DNA of 48,473 nucleotides, from the NCBI GenBank assembly GCA_023251475.1, contig JAHEYS010000058.1, positions 1 through 48,473 of the forward strand. Reading direction: 5' to 3'. Under the pieces are notes generated by a model. It saw nothing but the letters and a program-made list of their open reading frames with translations, had not been told where the DNA came from and did no database searches. The position numbers and the translations under genes were made by a program. Origin of the DNA: Prolixibacteraceae bacterium. GTDB lineage: Bacteria; Bacteroidota; Bacteroidia; Bacteroidales; Prolixibacteraceae. Every line of letters begins with the position of its first letter. Positions within the stretch are counted from its first letter, which is position 1. This document shows, in pieces, positions 46,509 to 48,473 of the stretch.

Positions 46509-48425
46509 ATGAAAAAATACCCCTTTGTCGCTTTAATAATTGCAGCATGTCTGACGTTTTATTCGTTCAGGCTACCGGCACAATTCATTAAACGGGTGAT
46601 GCAGGAACCCTATACCAAAGCAGATTCGTTAAGGATACAGCAAATTGCAAAAATACTTCCTTCCCATCCAAAGGGATTTGGGGAGCCTGTTTCAAACCGC
46701 GGGGCATGGGAGAAAATAGCCGCCAAACCCTCTTTTAAAGATGTCGTCAGCAAGGCTGAAAAATACCTTGGAAGACCTTTTCCCGAATGGAATGATTCGC
46801 TCTTTCTTCAATTTTCAAAAATTGGGATTCGTCCTGCCGGTCAAAAGATGATGAGTGACCGATGGGATTGGCTCGCCCCGCTGGTCTGGGCTGAGTGTAT
46901 CGAAAACAAAGGGCGTTTTATCCCTGTTATTGAGATGGTCATCAGGGAACTTTCCCAACAAAAGTCATGGGTACTGCCTGCTCATGACAGTGGGCTTACC
47001 ACTTTCAACGGCACTGGAAATACGGTAGATCTGAGTGCCGCGAGCCAGGCCTTTGAGTATGCACAGGCATTGTATATGCTTGGTGACAAGCTCAGTACAA
47101 AGACGCGAAATTTGCTCACCGATAATTTGCTCACCCGTATTTTTAATCCCGTAAAACAATCATTACTCACAGGCAAGGGACATCCCTGGCTCGCCCGGGC
47201 CGACAACTGGAATTCGGTTTGTCTGGCCGGGGTTTGCGGTGCGGCATTGGCCGTTATTGAAGATCCTGCTGAACGGGCGTTTTATGTCAGGATGGCCGAA
47301 AAATATGCACCAAACAGTGTAACCGGTTTTTCGGATGATGGTTATTGTTCAGAAGGATTAGGCTATTACAATTATGGTTTTGGAAAATATATTTATCTGC
47401 GGGAAATACTCTGGCGGGCAACAGATGGAAAAATTGACTTATTCAGTGGCGATAAGATGCGACGGATAGGCTCCTTTTCTGCAAACATCGAAATCATGAA
47501 CGGATCTTATCCCTATTTTGCCGATTGCCGCAACGAAACTATGGCATCCGACTGGGTCCTGTGGTATTGCAGCCGTAATCTTGGACTTGGACTTGCGAAA
47601 TACGACACCCTCAGTTTTGGAACTCCAGCCGGCCTGGTTGAAGGGACGATGCTCTCCTTTCCAAATTCAGCAAGCATGAGTCAGCCTAATACAGGTAAAA
47701 CTGCAAAACAAGGCATTCGTTTCTATTTTGAAACTTCAGGAATACTGATTTGCCGTCCGCAGCCAGGTTCAGCATGCAACATTGGCGCAGCCTTTAAAGG
47801 GGGCAACAATGCCGAAAACCACAATCATAACGATGTAGGTTCTTATGCCGTTGTGGTGGGTAACCAGCAGGTAATGGGCGATGCTGGCGGACCGTACGCT
47901 TATACAAATAAAACTTTTTCAGAGGTACGCTACACTTTATATAAATCGTTGGGATCTTTTGGTCATCCGGTTCCCAGGGTCAATGAGATTGAACAGGCCG
48001 AAGGTGCATCTGCCGAATCCAAGGTTCTGCTAACCAGTTTTTCTGATTCAGAGGATGTTTATAAAATCGATATTAAATCGGCTTACCCCGAAAAAAGTCT
48101 CGAAAAACTGACCAGAACCTTTAAGCTCGACCGAACTGCGAAGGGGAAAGTTTCGGTAACCGACGATTTCAGGTTTACCAAAGAAGGTACATTCGAAACC
48201 GCAATTACTACACGTTCCGCTATCACAGTGCTGGCTAATCAGGATATTCTTTTGGAAAAAAACGGGACAAAGGCATTGGTAAAAATGAATACTTTTGGAA
48301 AACCATTTGAGCTTTCGCAGACGATTATTGAAGAAGATTCCCCGGCCTATACAAGAATTGGCATCCGGTTAAAAGAAAAAACTTCTGACGGGAGAATCGA
48401 AGTAGTCTATTGTCCGCAGGAGTGA
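46509..48425 (+). CDS. heparinase II/III-family polysaccharide lyase-like protein
   Basis: Signal peptide present. The N-terminal (alpha/alpha) toroid region contains ADNWNSVCLAGVCGAAL. The C-terminal beta-sandwich carries the family motif NAENHNHNDVGSY (H-x-H-x-D). Confidence 0.75.
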   Translation: MKKYPFVALIIAACLTFYSFRLPAQFIKRVMQEPYTKADSLRIQQIAKILPSHPKGFGEPVSNRGAWEKIAAKPSFKDVVSKAEKYLGRPFPEWNDSLFLQFSKIGIRPAGQKMMSDRWDWLAPLVWAECIENKGRFIPVIEMVIRELSQQKSWVLPAHDSGLTTFNGTGNTVDLSAASQAFEYAQALYMLGDKLSTKTRNLLTDNLLTRIFNPVKQSLLTGKGHPWLARADNWNSVCLAGVCGAALAVIEDPAERAFYVRMAEKYAPNSVTGFSDDGYCSEGLGYYNYGFGKYIYLREILWRATDGKIDLFSGDKMRRIGSFSANIEIMNGSYPYFADCRNETMASDWVLWYCSRNLGLGLAKYDTLSFGTPAGLVEGTMLSFPNSASMSQPNTGKTAKQGIRFYFETSGILICRPQPGSACNIGAAFKGGNNAENHNHNDVGSYAVVVGNQQVMGDAGGPYAYTNKTFSEVRYTLYKSLGSFGHPVPRVNEIEQAEGASAESKVLLTSFSDSEDVYKIDIKSAYPEKSLEKLTRTFKLDRTAKGKVSVTDDFRFTKEGTFETAITTRSAITVLANQDILLEKNGTKALVKMNTFGKPFELSQTIIEEDSPAYTRIGIRLKEKTSDGRIEVVYCPQE

Positions 48426-48473
48426 TCAATTAATTCAAAAGCAGAATTTAAATCAAAAAATAGAAATCATGAA

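Overview
This is a Bacteroidota-type chromosomal segment, moderately AT-rich and almost entirely devoted to glycan harvesting. I saw no rRNA, tRNA or CRISPR array.

**Layout, left to right**
1. Fucoside cluster (178-7580, + strand): a secreted GH29 fucosidase, a 1041-aa GH29/GH95-like fusion lipoprotein, an unassigned cytoplasmic 429-aa protein, and the FucP fucose permease.
2. A convergent minus-strand operon (7724-10915): an exported protein with three NEW3/CARDB-like repeats, an ABC ATPase and an ABC-2 permease.
3. A stand-alone phosphodiester-glycosidase (DUF2233-like) gene.
4. PUL1 (12454-30828): ECF sigma, FecR anti-sigma, STN-domain SusC, SusD and two discoidin-tailed surface lipoproteins. 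After a gap come a GRP/DMT sugar transporter, ribokinase, GH127, GH31 and a GH63/GH37-like six-hairpin enzyme.
5. An ~0.9-kb gene-poor junction carrying an IS1595-like transposase remnant and several structured motifs.
6. PUL2 (31725-48425): a paralogous sigma/anti-sigma/STN-SusC/SusD set, a second and divergent SusC/SusD pair, an unassigned TIM-barrel-like lipoprotein, a right-handed beta-helix protein and a heparinase II/III-family lyase.

**Most noteworthy**
- The GH29/GH95-like fusion.
- The orphan URO-D/MtaA-like protein sitting between the fucosidases and FucP.
- The ribokinase- and transporter-containing PUL1, which resembles the rus locus.
- The uncharacterised cargo of PUL2.
- A motif conserved upstream of both anti-sigma genes.

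All family calls come from motif recognition by eye. No database search was run.
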